From assembly GCA_040437565.1 (NCBI GenBank), contig JBDOQK010000006.1, forward strand, positions 372,001-436,000: DNA of 64,000 nucleotides. Reading direction: 5' to 3'. Source of the stretch: Albugo candida. Taxonomy: Eukaryota. The notes under the pieces are model-generated. The model saw only the letters and a list, made by a program, of their open reading frames with translations. It was not told where the DNA came from and searched no databases. A program made the position numbers and the translations under genes. This document shows positions 15,227 to 25,479 of the stretch, piece by piece. Position 1 is the first letter of the stretch. The number at the start of each line of letters is the position of its first letter.

Positions 15227-16605
15227 ATGCTTCGAAAGCTGGAGTCACCGAGGAAGTCGTCTCGAAGAAGGCATGACGCATTCGAAGCCAGCCCTACAGC
15301 TTCCAGTAGGTAATGCGGACTTTTATTTATCTGTTGCCACTTTATGCCAAGTTGTATTAGTACAAGTCTTGACGTGGGAAATGAATCGAATGGAAATAAG
15401 AAGAGCGCATCTATAAATGGGGATAGAATTGTGGGATCGATGGGATCCATACAGGGATTATCACGCAGAGGTAAAAGCTGTCAGATCAGGCTCTTTATCC
15501 CAAACTTATGAAGAGTTTTAGTGAGCGAGCGGAGGCTAGAAAATCCCCCGTTCAAGTCGACCCGTTCTCGGCGTCAAACACGAGAGCCCGCGCATAGGAC
15601 TCCAAAACCGTGAGCTAGTTCTGACCATACCCTCGAGAGTAAAATTGACGGTGACTTTGCAGACTGGAAAATGGTGCTGGGATTCTTGGTAAAGATCAGT
15701 CGATGAAGCTTCGTGACCTACCACTTGAAAATATAACGCATTATGAAGCACCATCGACGCACGATACAAATCGGCAAATGGGGGTGTTAGTGGGTACGGA
15801 GAATACGGACAAAGAATCAGCAAAGGAAATAGGCGTCGAAGATACTAAGAGCTACATGCAAAATGTGAACATACATTCTGACGCGCCATCGGTGGTCGAA
15901 ATTCCTTCTGATCGTAGATCGCAACAAACCCCACATCAAGGCGATGAACTTACAGGAAATGTTTCTTCAGTGTCGATCCAAAGGGAACCAAGTATTTCTT
16001 TCGATAAGAGAAGATCACTAGCGCAGAAAATAATGCTGCATGCACAGAAGGGAACTTTTACAAAAAAGCAGGCAGAAGTGCACATAATCGGTGAAATCGT
16101 TAGCGGTCGTAACTTTGGACCGGGTTGTTTTTCCTGTAAATGGAGCATCGATTATGGGGAGGGCTGGACACATTTGGAAGGAAGTCAGCTCGATCAAACG
16201 CAGATCGACTGCCTGTCTTCCAGCCAAGCCTCGATTATTTGGGCGCATCCAATCGATATACACTTGACAACGATAACCATGCAGGGATGGCCACGAATAT
16301 TGCTGCAAACTTGGCGAATAGACGCATCGTCCAAGGCAAACGTGGTTGGATATGGCTTTATTCATGTTCCTATGGCTCCTGGTAGCCACACACTGGAAGT
16401 GTCAATGTGGAGACCTATTGGCACTTTTAAGACCGAATTAGTAGCGACTTGTTTTGGTGATACGATAGAGCTGATTTCAGACGAAATTCTGTACGATACC
16501 GCATGGACAGAGCGATCTGGTCTTAAGACAATTGCCACCGGCAAGGTCAAACTTCGCCTGGACATTATTTTGCGCAACTTTGATCTTTTCAAAACGCTGT
16601 TTTAA
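15227..16605 (+). CDS. B9D2: B9 domain ciliary transition-zone protein B9D2 with an N-terminal extension
   Basis: AEVHIIGEI...IIWAHPIDIHL..QGWPRILLQ matches B9D2. Three upstream exons from ATG 15227 splice in frame through GT-AG introns (~15310-15360, 15471-15521, 15610-15662). The B9 domain is confident; the upstream exon model is inferred. Confidence 0.8.
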
Positions 16606-16641
16606 GCTAAATCGCAAACTAGACTATCAATCCTGACTATT

Positions 16642-18909
16642 TCAATATTCATGAGTAGCCGAAATTGGCCGAAGAATGCACTCAATTTGATCAATTGTGG
16701 ACCGAAGCTTTTGTGCAAACCCAGGATCCTTGCACTCGATCATTTCATTCGGGTAATCATAGAGGGCTTTTATACCACATGGTGTTTGTATATGGATTTG
16801 ATTCGTTTCAAAATTGAGGGAGACATCGCCATATTGATCTTTCAGGAGTCTGAATACCACCAACAGATTTAGTGCATGCTCGTCCGCTTCTTCCAGCTTT
16901 TCAGCGGCGGCTCGAAGATCTTCAGACAAATGAGCATTATTTACTTGAATATCAGCATCAGCAGCGCTATCTGAGATCGGCTTCGGCTCATTTATACGCT
17001 CTTCTTTCTGCTCTTTACTGACAATTTCGTCCGCAAACCCTGTCGATTTCGGCTCAAGGCTGTGATCATGATAGCATGCGGCAATAGGATGTTTGCTGAC
17101 CTTGAAGCTGGCTGGACTCGCCTGGGCTTGCATGGTCAATGCAACTACAGAGTCTGCAATCATGTCAGCGATTGGCTCGGTGGTCCATTCCAGAAGTATT
17201 TTTTCTGATGAGAAATGAGTGATTACCACTTTCTTGTCAATAATAAGACGAGCTTTTCCCATTTCATCATTTATCACCACATCGTCGTACATTTGTCTGA
17301 TAAAGGTCTCGAGTACATGAAATGATTGCTGAACGAATGGAATATGCTGTCGTTGCGTTATTTTTCCAGACACGAGTTTTGTGTACAAAGGTAGGTCTTC
17401 TTCTTCCATCAAATGGGTGAAAGAATCATGCTCCACCAATAGCCCTGAAATGACTTTGCCTTGTTGTGGCTGCTCACTGGCCATTTTCCCGATAGCCTTC
17501 GCAATTTTCTCTCCTTTAAATTCCAAAACGATTTCCTGCATGTTTGCTGGGGTAAAAATGTTTGGACGATACGTCTTCGGATCATGAAATTTCTTGTTCA
17601 ACGCTGATTTCAAACGCATCATTTCATTTTTTTCTCCATGAACGAGAACGATATTGGGCGGGACAAGTTTCTCAACGAAGCCACTGGTTCCGACAAAGTC
17701 GGCGTGAGCTGAAAATGAAATATACTCTACTGTGCAATTCATTGGTAAAACGCGTCCATCCATTGCAACGATCTCGGTGGGTTCTGACAGAATTTTCTTG
17801 GCGAGTGTGCCCTCTACAACATAACCGGGAATCAAGCAAGCATTTCTCTTATCAGAACACCAACGCTCAAATAATTGTCGAGACACTCCGCTTTGTAGCA
17901 TTCCAGGGCTCGCCATTACAACACATGGCCCAGAGTCATCAAAGTCGTCCATACTTTTTAGATTCGAAATATGATCAAACAAAAATGGATTTGACACTGC
18001 AATCTGCTTACGTATGCGATCATTCATCATATTGATATACGTTTGATAGACTCTGAGTGCTTTTGCTGCTAATTTGGAGGCAAAATAAATCGGAATATTA
18101 TGTAAATCTGGATGTGCTTGCCAGTGCTCGTCAAGTATCAAAAGCAATTCCTGCGTCCTACCAAGTGCAAATACAGGTATCAGACATCTTCCCCCACGCC
18201 GAATAACTGATTCCACTTGACCGGTAAATCGGCCTTCTCGTTCAACCACGGATTGATGCACTTGTACGCCATATGTTGATTCCACAATTAGGACGTCAGG
18301 CGAACAGGCAGGTAGCTCTGCGGCCATCAGATGCCGATCATTCTCGAGTGAATAATCCCCAGTGTAGAGAACTTTCACACCACCAATTTCAATCAGGTAC
18401 ATGCAAGCGCCCAAGACATGACCCGCATTATAAGGTGTAAACTTGATTCCATTGTGTGTTTTCTCTTGATGAAAATCAATAATCTCAACTTTGGCCACAC
18501 AATTATTTAGGTCTTTATCGTCGTATATCTGATCATCCACGGAGATATTGCTCACACGCAAGAAATCGCGTAGCATCATTTGCATTACTGCTTTGGTCGG
18601 ATGTGTCATAAAGACACGTCCTTTAAAATTGGTTTTCTCTGTGAAATGAGGCAAAGCAGCAACGTGATCGATGTGGAAATGAGTGACTAATAATAAATCA
18701 ATCTCCTCGGCTTCGACACCATCAAAAAATGGCAAACTTCCGTGTCCCGAGTAGCCAGGGTGAACACCGCAGTCCAGCATTATCGTCTTTCCTTTGAACT
18801 TTAGTATTATGCAAGACCGACCGACTTCATTCCCGGCGCCAAGAGGCATGATTCGCATGATATGACGCTCATCAGAGTCGCCTGCTTCGGAGACCTTACG
18901 CTTCGACAT
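16642..18909 (-). CDS. CPSF3: Cleavage and polyadenylation specificity factor 73-kDa subunit (beta-CASP endonuclease)
   Basis: Intronless 755 aa with PLGAGNEVGRSC, THFHIDH, AGHVLGA, GGRCLIPVFALGRTQE and YISFSAHAD. Confidence 0.97.
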   Translation of the reverse strand: MSKRKVSEAGDSDERHIMRIMPLGAGNEVGRSCIILKFKGKTIMLDCGVHPGYSGHGSLPFFDGVEAEEIDLLLVTHFHIDHVAALPHFTEKTNFKGRVFMTHPTKAVMQMMLRDFLRVSNISVDDQIYDDKDLNNCVAKVEIIDFHQEKTHNGIKFTPYNAGHVLGACMYLIEIGGVKVLYTGDYSLENDRHLMAAELPACSPDVLIVESTYGVQVHQSVVEREGRFTGQVESVIRRGGRCLIPVFALGRTQELLLILDEHWQAHPDLHNIPIYFASKLAAKALRVYQTYINMMNDRIRKQIAVSNPFLFDHISNLKSMDDFDDSGPCVVMASPGMLQSGVSRQLFERWCSDKRNACLIPGYVVEGTLAKKILSEPTEIVAMDGRVLPMNCTVEYISFSAHADFVGTSGFVEKLVPPNIVLVHGEKNEMMRLKSALNKKFHDPKTYRPNIFTPANMQEIVLEFKGEKIAKAIGKMASEQPQQGKVISGLLVEHDSFTHLMEEEDLPLYTKLVSGKITQRQHIPFVQQSFHVLETFIRQMYDDVVINDEMGKARLIIDKKVVITHFSSEKILLEWTTEPIADMIADSVVALTMQAQASPASFKVSKHPIAACYHDHSLEPKSTGFADEIVSKEQKEERINEPKPISDSAADADIQVNNAHLSEDLRAAAEKLEEADEHALNLLVVFRLLKDQYGDVSLNFETNQIHIQTPCGIKALYDYPNEMIECKDPGFAQKLRSTIDQIECILRPISATHEY

Positions 18910-20050
18910 TTAGATAAGGTCGCACGAAGGTGAGTGTGCACCAATGAGCTGGACAGATTTACTCGATTTGTCCCAATAAGGTTCGATATTCATGAAGTAC
19001 GATAAATGAAGAAGAGTCTATCCACCCTCAAGTACGTTTGCGCGTGCACTCAGATATACCATACACATCTGCTACAAGAGAATAGAAACGTTGCGTAACA
19101 GAAGGAGATATTTTCAACTTTTCAAATGCTGGGTTTATGAGTCTCATAAAGCAGAGAAAAGACTCGACTGAAGAAGGGCAGGATGTCGTATAATGATTAA
19201 CACCTTGTACCGCCACGCATGAGATCGTCCTCATTTCTTAGTTCACTGAAGTGATGTTCGTCAGTAGGAAGGAACATCGCACAAGGTTGATGTAGTATAC
19301 GATGAAGGAGCAGTCCTGCTATTTACATGGTGTTTGTGATAGAGTCACAAATCTCCATTGAGCACTGCGTGATAGGCAATGGCGGCATTTCTGATTATGT
19401 ATTGAGGATTGGGATACGTCCGAAGTAATCATAATCTTACTTGCGTAAATCTTCGTATATACATGACTCGGTGCGTGGTATCGTGCAATACCTGAGAAAG
19501 CAGCACATCATCTGTGGACAATGGATGCATGCATGTCGTCGTCGTCACCATTATTTCGGGCTTCTTCTTGCTACGATAGTTTGAGTACACGTAGCTGACG
19601 GATGAGAATGGGAAGACTTGACTTTCTTTATCTACTCGCATCACATAATACGTAGAGGATGATGTACATGCTATTTGTTCTTTTTAGCGAAGGTGTCTAC
19701 TTTATGCGCTTCCAATGTGGCAGGTGACTTAGGTGAGCAGGAATAACTTACAATGATTATCTCGTCGACCATCTTCCACGCATAGCGATGTTTCTTGATA
19801 CACTGAGGAAAATTTCTAGAGTGATAGCGAATGTAATCATGCCTGCAACAATTTAGATAGAGCGCATTCATTAAGCGTACTTANNNNNNNNNNNNNNNNN
19901 NNNNNNNNNNNNNNNNNNNNNNNNNNNNNNNNNNNNNNNNNNNNNNNNNNNNNNNNNNNNNNNNNNNNNNNNNNNNNNNNNNNTAGCGAATGTAATCATG
20001 CCTGCAACAATTTAGATAGAGCGCATTCATTAAGCGTACTTATAATATCA

Positions 20051-21103
20051 ATGGTGGTACATCGTCGTGGTATAAATGGTCCAAGGGAATCCCACAAAAG
20101 GTCAGGAGAGAAATCCAATGGAGCTAAGAAGAAGGAAAGGCTGCAACCCATTCAGTCAGGGCGCTTTGCTGCAGATATGCGTGTACATGTTGGAGGTTAC
20201 GGACGTGGTGAGCATACTATTGCTTTGGACCAAGAAGAGCACAAACAATTTTTCGATAAAGACCACATGGAAGAAGGATCGAAGGAGCCAAAGGAACAAG
20301 CTAAGCGAACAGGGAAGAGTCGTGCTTCAATAAAACGGCGTAAGGAAAAAGAAAGAAGGCGATCAACTACACAATCGGCTAAGGGAGACGATCAAGCTGG
20401 TGAGACCTCAAAGGCTTCTAAACAAGTAAAATCGAAGCAGGATGCCGCTCCAAGTTTGGTTACGGTCAGTCAATGCGAACTTTGCAAAGTAGAAGAGGGC
20501 ACCTCTCGAAAAGAAAAAAATGATGCAACAAAAAAACGAAAGATTCAGAGTAAAGATAGGATACGCGGAAAGAAAGCTGCTCTGGATATATCATCAAAAT
20601 CAGATCATAGCAGTGATATTATCAAAGATGCGAATTCAACAAAAAAAAGAAATTTACTGTCCCAGCAATATGCCCAAGTTTTGGGTGAGACGATTGTGAC
20701 TGAAAGCGGTTTAGAGATACGAGATATAAAAATTGGTCAAGGTGCTCTTGTTACGGAAGGCGAAATGGTAACAGTGAAGTATCGCGGACGCCTCGACGAT
20801 CTAAAAGGGCTGATATTTGGTAAGGGAATGCTTACATTGCAGTACGGTACGAATTCGATCATTCCAGGTTGGGAAGAAGCTCTAGGAACAATGCTTCCTG
20901 GGGGCATTCGCTTTGTCACCATTCCGTCCAATTTGGCTTATGGAGTAACAGGAAAAGGGAAAAAAATACCTCCTAATGCCACCCTCTTCTTCGAGATTGA
21001 GCTGGTTCGAATCGGCAAACGATCACGTGGAACTGTTGGCGATGAAGAGACTCCGCTGCCGAAAGCGTTTCGACGTAAAAAGCGAAAGGAGAGGGCCCGA
21101 TAG
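20051..21103 (+). CDS. FKBP-type PPIase domain protein with a long Lys/Arg-rich N-terminal region
   Basis: TESGLEIRDIKIGQG..VTVKYRGRL..IIPGWEEAL..IPSNLAYG..IPPNATLFFEIELV, with basic NLS-like tracts. Confidence 0.9.
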   Translation: MVVHRRGINGPRESHKRSGEKSNGAKKKERLQPIQSGRFAADMRVHVGGYGRGEHTIALDQEEHKQFFDKDHMEEGSKEPKEQAKRTGKSRASIKRRKEKERRRSTTQSAKGDDQAGETSKASKQVKSKQDAAPSLVTVSQCELCKVEEGTSRKEKNDATKKRKIQSKDRIRGKKAALDISSKSDHSSDIIKDANSTKKRNLLSQQYAQVLGETIVTESGLEIRDIKIGQGALVTEGEMVTVKYRGRLDDLKGLIFGKGMLTLQYGTNSIIPGWEEALGTMLPGGIRFVTIPSNLAYGVTGKGKKIPPNATLFFEIELVRIGKRSRGTVGDEETPLPKAFRRKKRKERAR

Positions 21104-21400
21104 AGCGATTGACGATTCACTGACAGCATGCAGTAGGTCTAACTTCCCAATCTACTCATGTATAACTTAGCTGATGAGATAAACGATCATTATTAGCATT
21201 TAGTGTCAACATAGTACGTAGGCGTGATTTGCTTGTATAAATAAAGGTCAATTGCCTGAACACTTGGACGATACAACGATTCATACAGATTTAAGACTGC
21301 CGAACGATATTATAACTTAGCAGCTAGGTCAGACAGACTTATGCCTAAGTATCAACAATCAGATGCAGAGCGGAACCAACCATTTTCAGTCTTTTGAATC

Positions 21401-22786
21401 ATGGCGTGGTTCTGGGCTAGTAGCTTGAGTGAATCAAATACTGTTGTGGTGGAAATACCGGACAAGCACGTGCTAACAGTGACGAATGCCACTCGAGCCG
21501 TAATGGATCCTTCAGACGGTGCTCTCAGTGTTGGGTTGGAAACCCAGCAGCTGGACGGAAGTTTATGGAAAGGTTTTGTTTGCCATTTTGACGACGGAGT
21601 ACACCAGCATAAACTTGACTTGGTATTTACAAAGAAAGTGAAGTTCTATATTGCTAATGGATGTGGCCGGATCAATTTGACGGGCTACTTTCAAGCTGCA
21701 CCCCCAGCAACACTGACCGATGTTAAGAAAACCACGACATTGGAACCCGCAGAAGTACCGCATAAGGAGTCCAACAACAAAAAACAGCAACCAAAAAAAT
21801 CCGTGAATGCGGCATCACCTGCGAAGGTACCTGCAAAAATTTCGAGTGATGTGCTAGAGTCCGTGAAGAAAAATGCACAGCCTCCGAAAGCAAGTGTGCA
21901 AACCCCAAAAGCAAATGTACAACCTCCGAAATCAAATGTACAAACCGCGAAAGCAAGTGTGCAAACTCCGAAAGTAAATGTACAATCTTCAAAGGCAAAT
22001 GTACAACCTTCGAAGAAGAGCGTACAAGCCCCGAAAGAAAATGGGCAGCTTCCAAAAGCAAGTGGACAGCAATCGAAAGTCTCGCAATCTATCAAGACGC
22101 CAGAAAAATCAGCATCAACACCTAAAACACCCGCGAAAGCCACGGGCACACCTGTGGTCGCACCAGAAGAAGCGCCTAAAGCGATGTCAAAGGCTGCCAG
22201 AAAGCGGGCTCGTAAAGAGGAAGCAGCAAAAGCAGCGTTAGCAACGAAAGAAGTGACATGGGATCAGGTAAGCGATCAGTGTAGTAATTCCCACTTGTAA
22301 ATTATCTCCAGCTTTTTAGCACGCTTCTATGCGTGTCTTTATGGCCGCATATTAGCGTATGCTAACTTTTCGTAAGCTGGAGATCCAGACCATTTGGAAA
22401 AGTAGCAGTCAAGGTCGAGTACAAGAGTTTTTCTTGTATTTGACCTGAAAGCTGCGCATAGTCCTTAAGGCTGTCTCCGTTTATGGCCTATTTGCCTATC
22501 CATCGGAATCATACGAGTCATAACTATGGCACATCCCCTGCAATTCTCTTCAAGTATGAAGTACTCATAATTGTTCGGTTTATTGTAGGATACTGCTCCC
22601 GAAGATGGAGCCACGAAAAGCGCAAATGCCGGAAAGTCTGCAAAACTGGATTCATCTTCAAGCCCATTGACCACACCAAAAAAGCAAACTCAAGAAGCCG
22701 CACAATCAGATTCTGCGAACAAACAAAGCAAGAAGAAAAGAAAGAAGCGCCGTGGAAACGCCGATGCGCCAAACACCATCGAATGA
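21401..22786 (+). CDS. Nucleoplasmin-like (NPL) domain protein with a basic repeat tail; two exons (21401-22267, 22589-22786)
   Basis: N-terminal FW...LDLVF..KVKF..GCGRINLTGY fits the NPL fold of FKBP39/FKBP53/HD-tuin proteins. Phase-0 intron GTAAGC...TTGTAG at 22268-22588. Confidence 0.75.
21866..22075 (+). repeat. Coding 21-nt tandem repeat, about 10 copies of a KxxVQxP heptad
   Basis: KKNAQPP KASVQTP KANVQPP KSNVQTA KASVQTP KVNVQSS KANVQPS KKSVQAP KENGQLP KASGQQS. Confidence 0.9.
22304..22536 (+). ncRNA. Intronic box H/ACA snoRNA with three hairpins, predicted guide for LSU rRNA helix 69 pseudouridylation
   Basis: Hairpin 22304-22384, H box AGACCA 22387-22392, hairpin 22405-22455, 3' hairpin 22457-22528, ACA 22531-22533. 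Pocket strands CCUUAAGG and GAGUCAUA are complementary to the conserved LSU sequence UAUGACUCUCUUAAGG. Confidence 0.8.
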
Positions 22787-22918
22787 ACAACAAATTGAGA
22801 TACATTTGTAACTAAATGAGCAACTCTTTAGAGATACTTGGGGTGTTATGCGCTACTAATTAACTTGGGACAAAGCTGGCACACTGACAAGATGCGAAAT
22901 TGATTCAGTTAGCTGATA

Positions 22919-23041
22919 TCATTGCTTCTTCCGCTTCTGAGCTTGATTGCGAGCTGTCTTCATTCCCCATTTAAAAGCTTTTTTGACATGTTTCTTTCGA
23001 CACATTACCACCGTCCACACAACCAGACGTAGTTGCCACAT
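22919..23041 (-). CDS. 40-aa cationic microprotein (MWQLRLVVWTVVMCRKKHVKKAFKWGMKTARNQAQKRKKQ)
   Basis: ATG 23041 to TGA 22919, with an in-frame stop just upstream. Paralogous to 23284-23394, with 16 of the first 25 residues identical and many synonymous changes. Confidence 0.7.
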   Translation of the reverse strand: MWQLRLVVWTVVMCRKKHVKKAFKWGMKTARNQAQKRKKQ

Positions 23042-23283
23042 TCCTCTTCTGTCTCAGTCTCGATAAGAAAGTGAAAAGACAGATCGCGAAAGCACGGCAG
23101 CGAAACGATTATTTTATACTTGTTTCAAGCTAAATTTTTCGCACGGTTGCCTGGAGTGCGAGCAAGTAGAGCGGTTTCAGAGACATGAATTCACTTATGT
23201 ATTAAGACATGCTATCGGAGAAACTTTTCTCTCACGGTTGAACGCGATTGAAATGCGATTCGAGTCGTCCATTTGATATCAGA

Positions 23284-23394
23284 TCACTTTGTCAAGAGTC
23301 TTTTCACTTGGTGATAGCTCCACTTGAATGCATCTTTAACGTATTTCTTTCGTGCCATAGCGACAACCCACGTAATCACTCTGATCTGCCACAT
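23284..23394 (-). CDS. 36-aa cationic microprotein (MWQIRVITWVVAMARKKYVKDAFKWSYHQVKRLLTK)
   Basis: ATG 23394 in an AAA-ATG context to TGA 23284. Tandem paralogue of 22919-23041. Confidence 0.7.
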   Translation of the reverse strand: MWQIRVITWVVAMARKKYVKDAFKWSYHQVKRLLTK

Positions 23395-25479
23395 TTTATT
23401 TGAACAGTCCTTGCAATGAAACCGTTGTAGGACGTTTTGTCTCGCGTATACCAGCGACATTCTTTCCCATACTATTGCACGCGTTTATAAATCAAAGGAT
23501 ATTTCCTATCGTGAAAAAATGTTTCCAGCTACTCCTGATAGTCGCGCAATTAGTTGACATTGTCGAAGCGAGTTCGGTGTGAAGCGTAATTCATCTTTTT
23601 GATTGAAAGATTGCGCGTGCTGCCCGTAGAACGCCATCCATCTTTACGCAGCTGCGTATTGCATTACTCAATTGGTTCCGGCAAGCATTATCAGTCGACT
23701 ATCGTGGTGGTCGCAACGCAGTGATAATCGCCTGACAATCGTGGTAGTCGCAACGCAAAGGAACTTGCATGAGATGGGGAAGCTGAGAGTCCTCGTGTCC
23801 TGTGTGGATGGTCTTTGTTTCCTTGCTTCTTAATCTCGCGCCAGCGAATGGCCCCTCCCAGTTTGTTATCAGGTCTATATCGGCTTCCGCACTGATTTAG
23901 ATGTGGATAACTACCAAGAGATAGCTCTCGTGGTCATCGAATTTCCCAGCACTGAACTCGCTAGATTTTTTTCGAAAGTTCCGCTACGAGGTTGGGAAAA
24001 CCCTGCATCTTAACATTTCGATGAAGATGAGTCGTACCGGCACGAAGATGCGGGCACTTCGACAAAATAATAGATCATTCGTTTTTTGGTCTGTAAATCT
24101 ATGAAGACATCCCTTCATCGCTATCTTTATTCTCTATTAGAATCTCGATATTCATGTATCCATCTCCACTATCGCTTGTGTACAGCAAGACGGTCGCGAA
24201 AGAAAACACCGATGCCATACCTTGTTTGATAATGCTTATGATTGAATCTACGTTTATATGAAGGTTGATGTCTTCACCAAACATCACAATGATCATGGAC
24301 AGTTTTCTACTCTGACGTCAGATCGAAGTAAAGAGTGCTAATGATTTCTCGGAAGGATTCTGGACCACATCACTAGTTTTACATTACACTCTATCATATC
24401 TAGCTCTAGATCAAGTTTATGTTCGAAGGAACTCAACATTGATGAACTCGTGGATGAATGAAGACGCTGCGAGCTTTCATGCAAACGTAAGAATTTAAAA
24501 AAGAAAGCCAAAAGATAATACGAGGAGAACTAAATAAGCAGATTTTGAAGCGAAGTCATGATAGACGGCATCCTTGATCAGAGAAACGCCTTATTAGAAC
24601 CCTCATGATGAAGCCTAGAGTATCTTACATTCAGTTTAGTTGCTTGCTGAAATACAGCGGCAAGCAAGCAGATACAAAGAAAATGTAGCCATTCGCGTCT
24701 CATTATGCGGCTTCGTTCATTGGAAGCGACACTTGATGAATACGAATAGGGTGCAGTGGAGTATGAGAAGAAGCTTTGGACGCTGATTCTAAATATTGCT
24801 GACGCTAACAAGGAGACAAATCAAGTGTGGCGTCAGCAAAGAAGGTGAAGCTAAATCTTATCGACACTTCCCATAAACTCTGTTCTCTGTGATGCGGAGG
24901 TCGAAATGCGACATTAGTTTTCCAGCAAATAACTGCGCTCTCAAGGATTGTTATAATCTAACGGCTTTACTAGAATCGAAAAAAACGGAGAGATGCATAC
25001 AAAGGATGTACATCTTACAGAACAGCTTCCCTCTGAACAAATTCAAACTATGCATGCTCAAGTGCTGATGAATAAGGGGCTTTCACTATTCCGTCGTGAT
25101 GATACACAGCAAGCGATCCGTGCTTGTAGCTTGAATGTGCATCTAGAGCTGTCAAGTCGAAAACACAAATTACCAATGCCACGATAAGATTCTGCGTAAT
25201 GAAGATTATTGGTCGAGAAATGAGATTTGATATGCGCGGCAGCCAATGAGTACGCTATATGTGCATCATACAGTTGTCACGTGTACGGAGCTGTTACAAT
25301 GCTGGAAAGGATATTCAGACTGAGTCTAGTACGCTTTTAAGAAAAAGGTGTAATTGTCAGTCCCGTGGTCTCGATTTTATATTACAAACAGCACCAGTCG
25401 AAATTAAATGCTGATGCAAATCGCTGATTTGATGATTTGGAAGGCATCGGTGCAGCTGCGTTCTGCATTTAATGATTAT

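Noticed and set aside
19000-19883. Short ORFs and possible splice sites between CPSF3 and the FKBP gene
   Set aside because: No coherent exon chain or recognisable domain could be built on either strand.
22304-22536. Intronic H/ACA RNA as the telomerase RNA or as U17/snR30
   Set aside because: No CCCUAAA-type template is present. The m1/m2-like segments deviate from AUAUUCCUA and AAACCAU and instead pair with each other, while the pocket matches LSU helix 69.
23697-23757. Direct repeat as a CRISPR-like array
   Set aside because: Only two copies with a 13-nt spacer, in a eukaryotic context with no cas genes.
24578-24703. Short signal-peptide-like ORF (MRREWLHFLCICLLAAVF) and a nearby C/D-box-like pair
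   Set aside because: No convincing downstream coding exon. The box spacing is too short and there is no recognisable rRNA complementarity.
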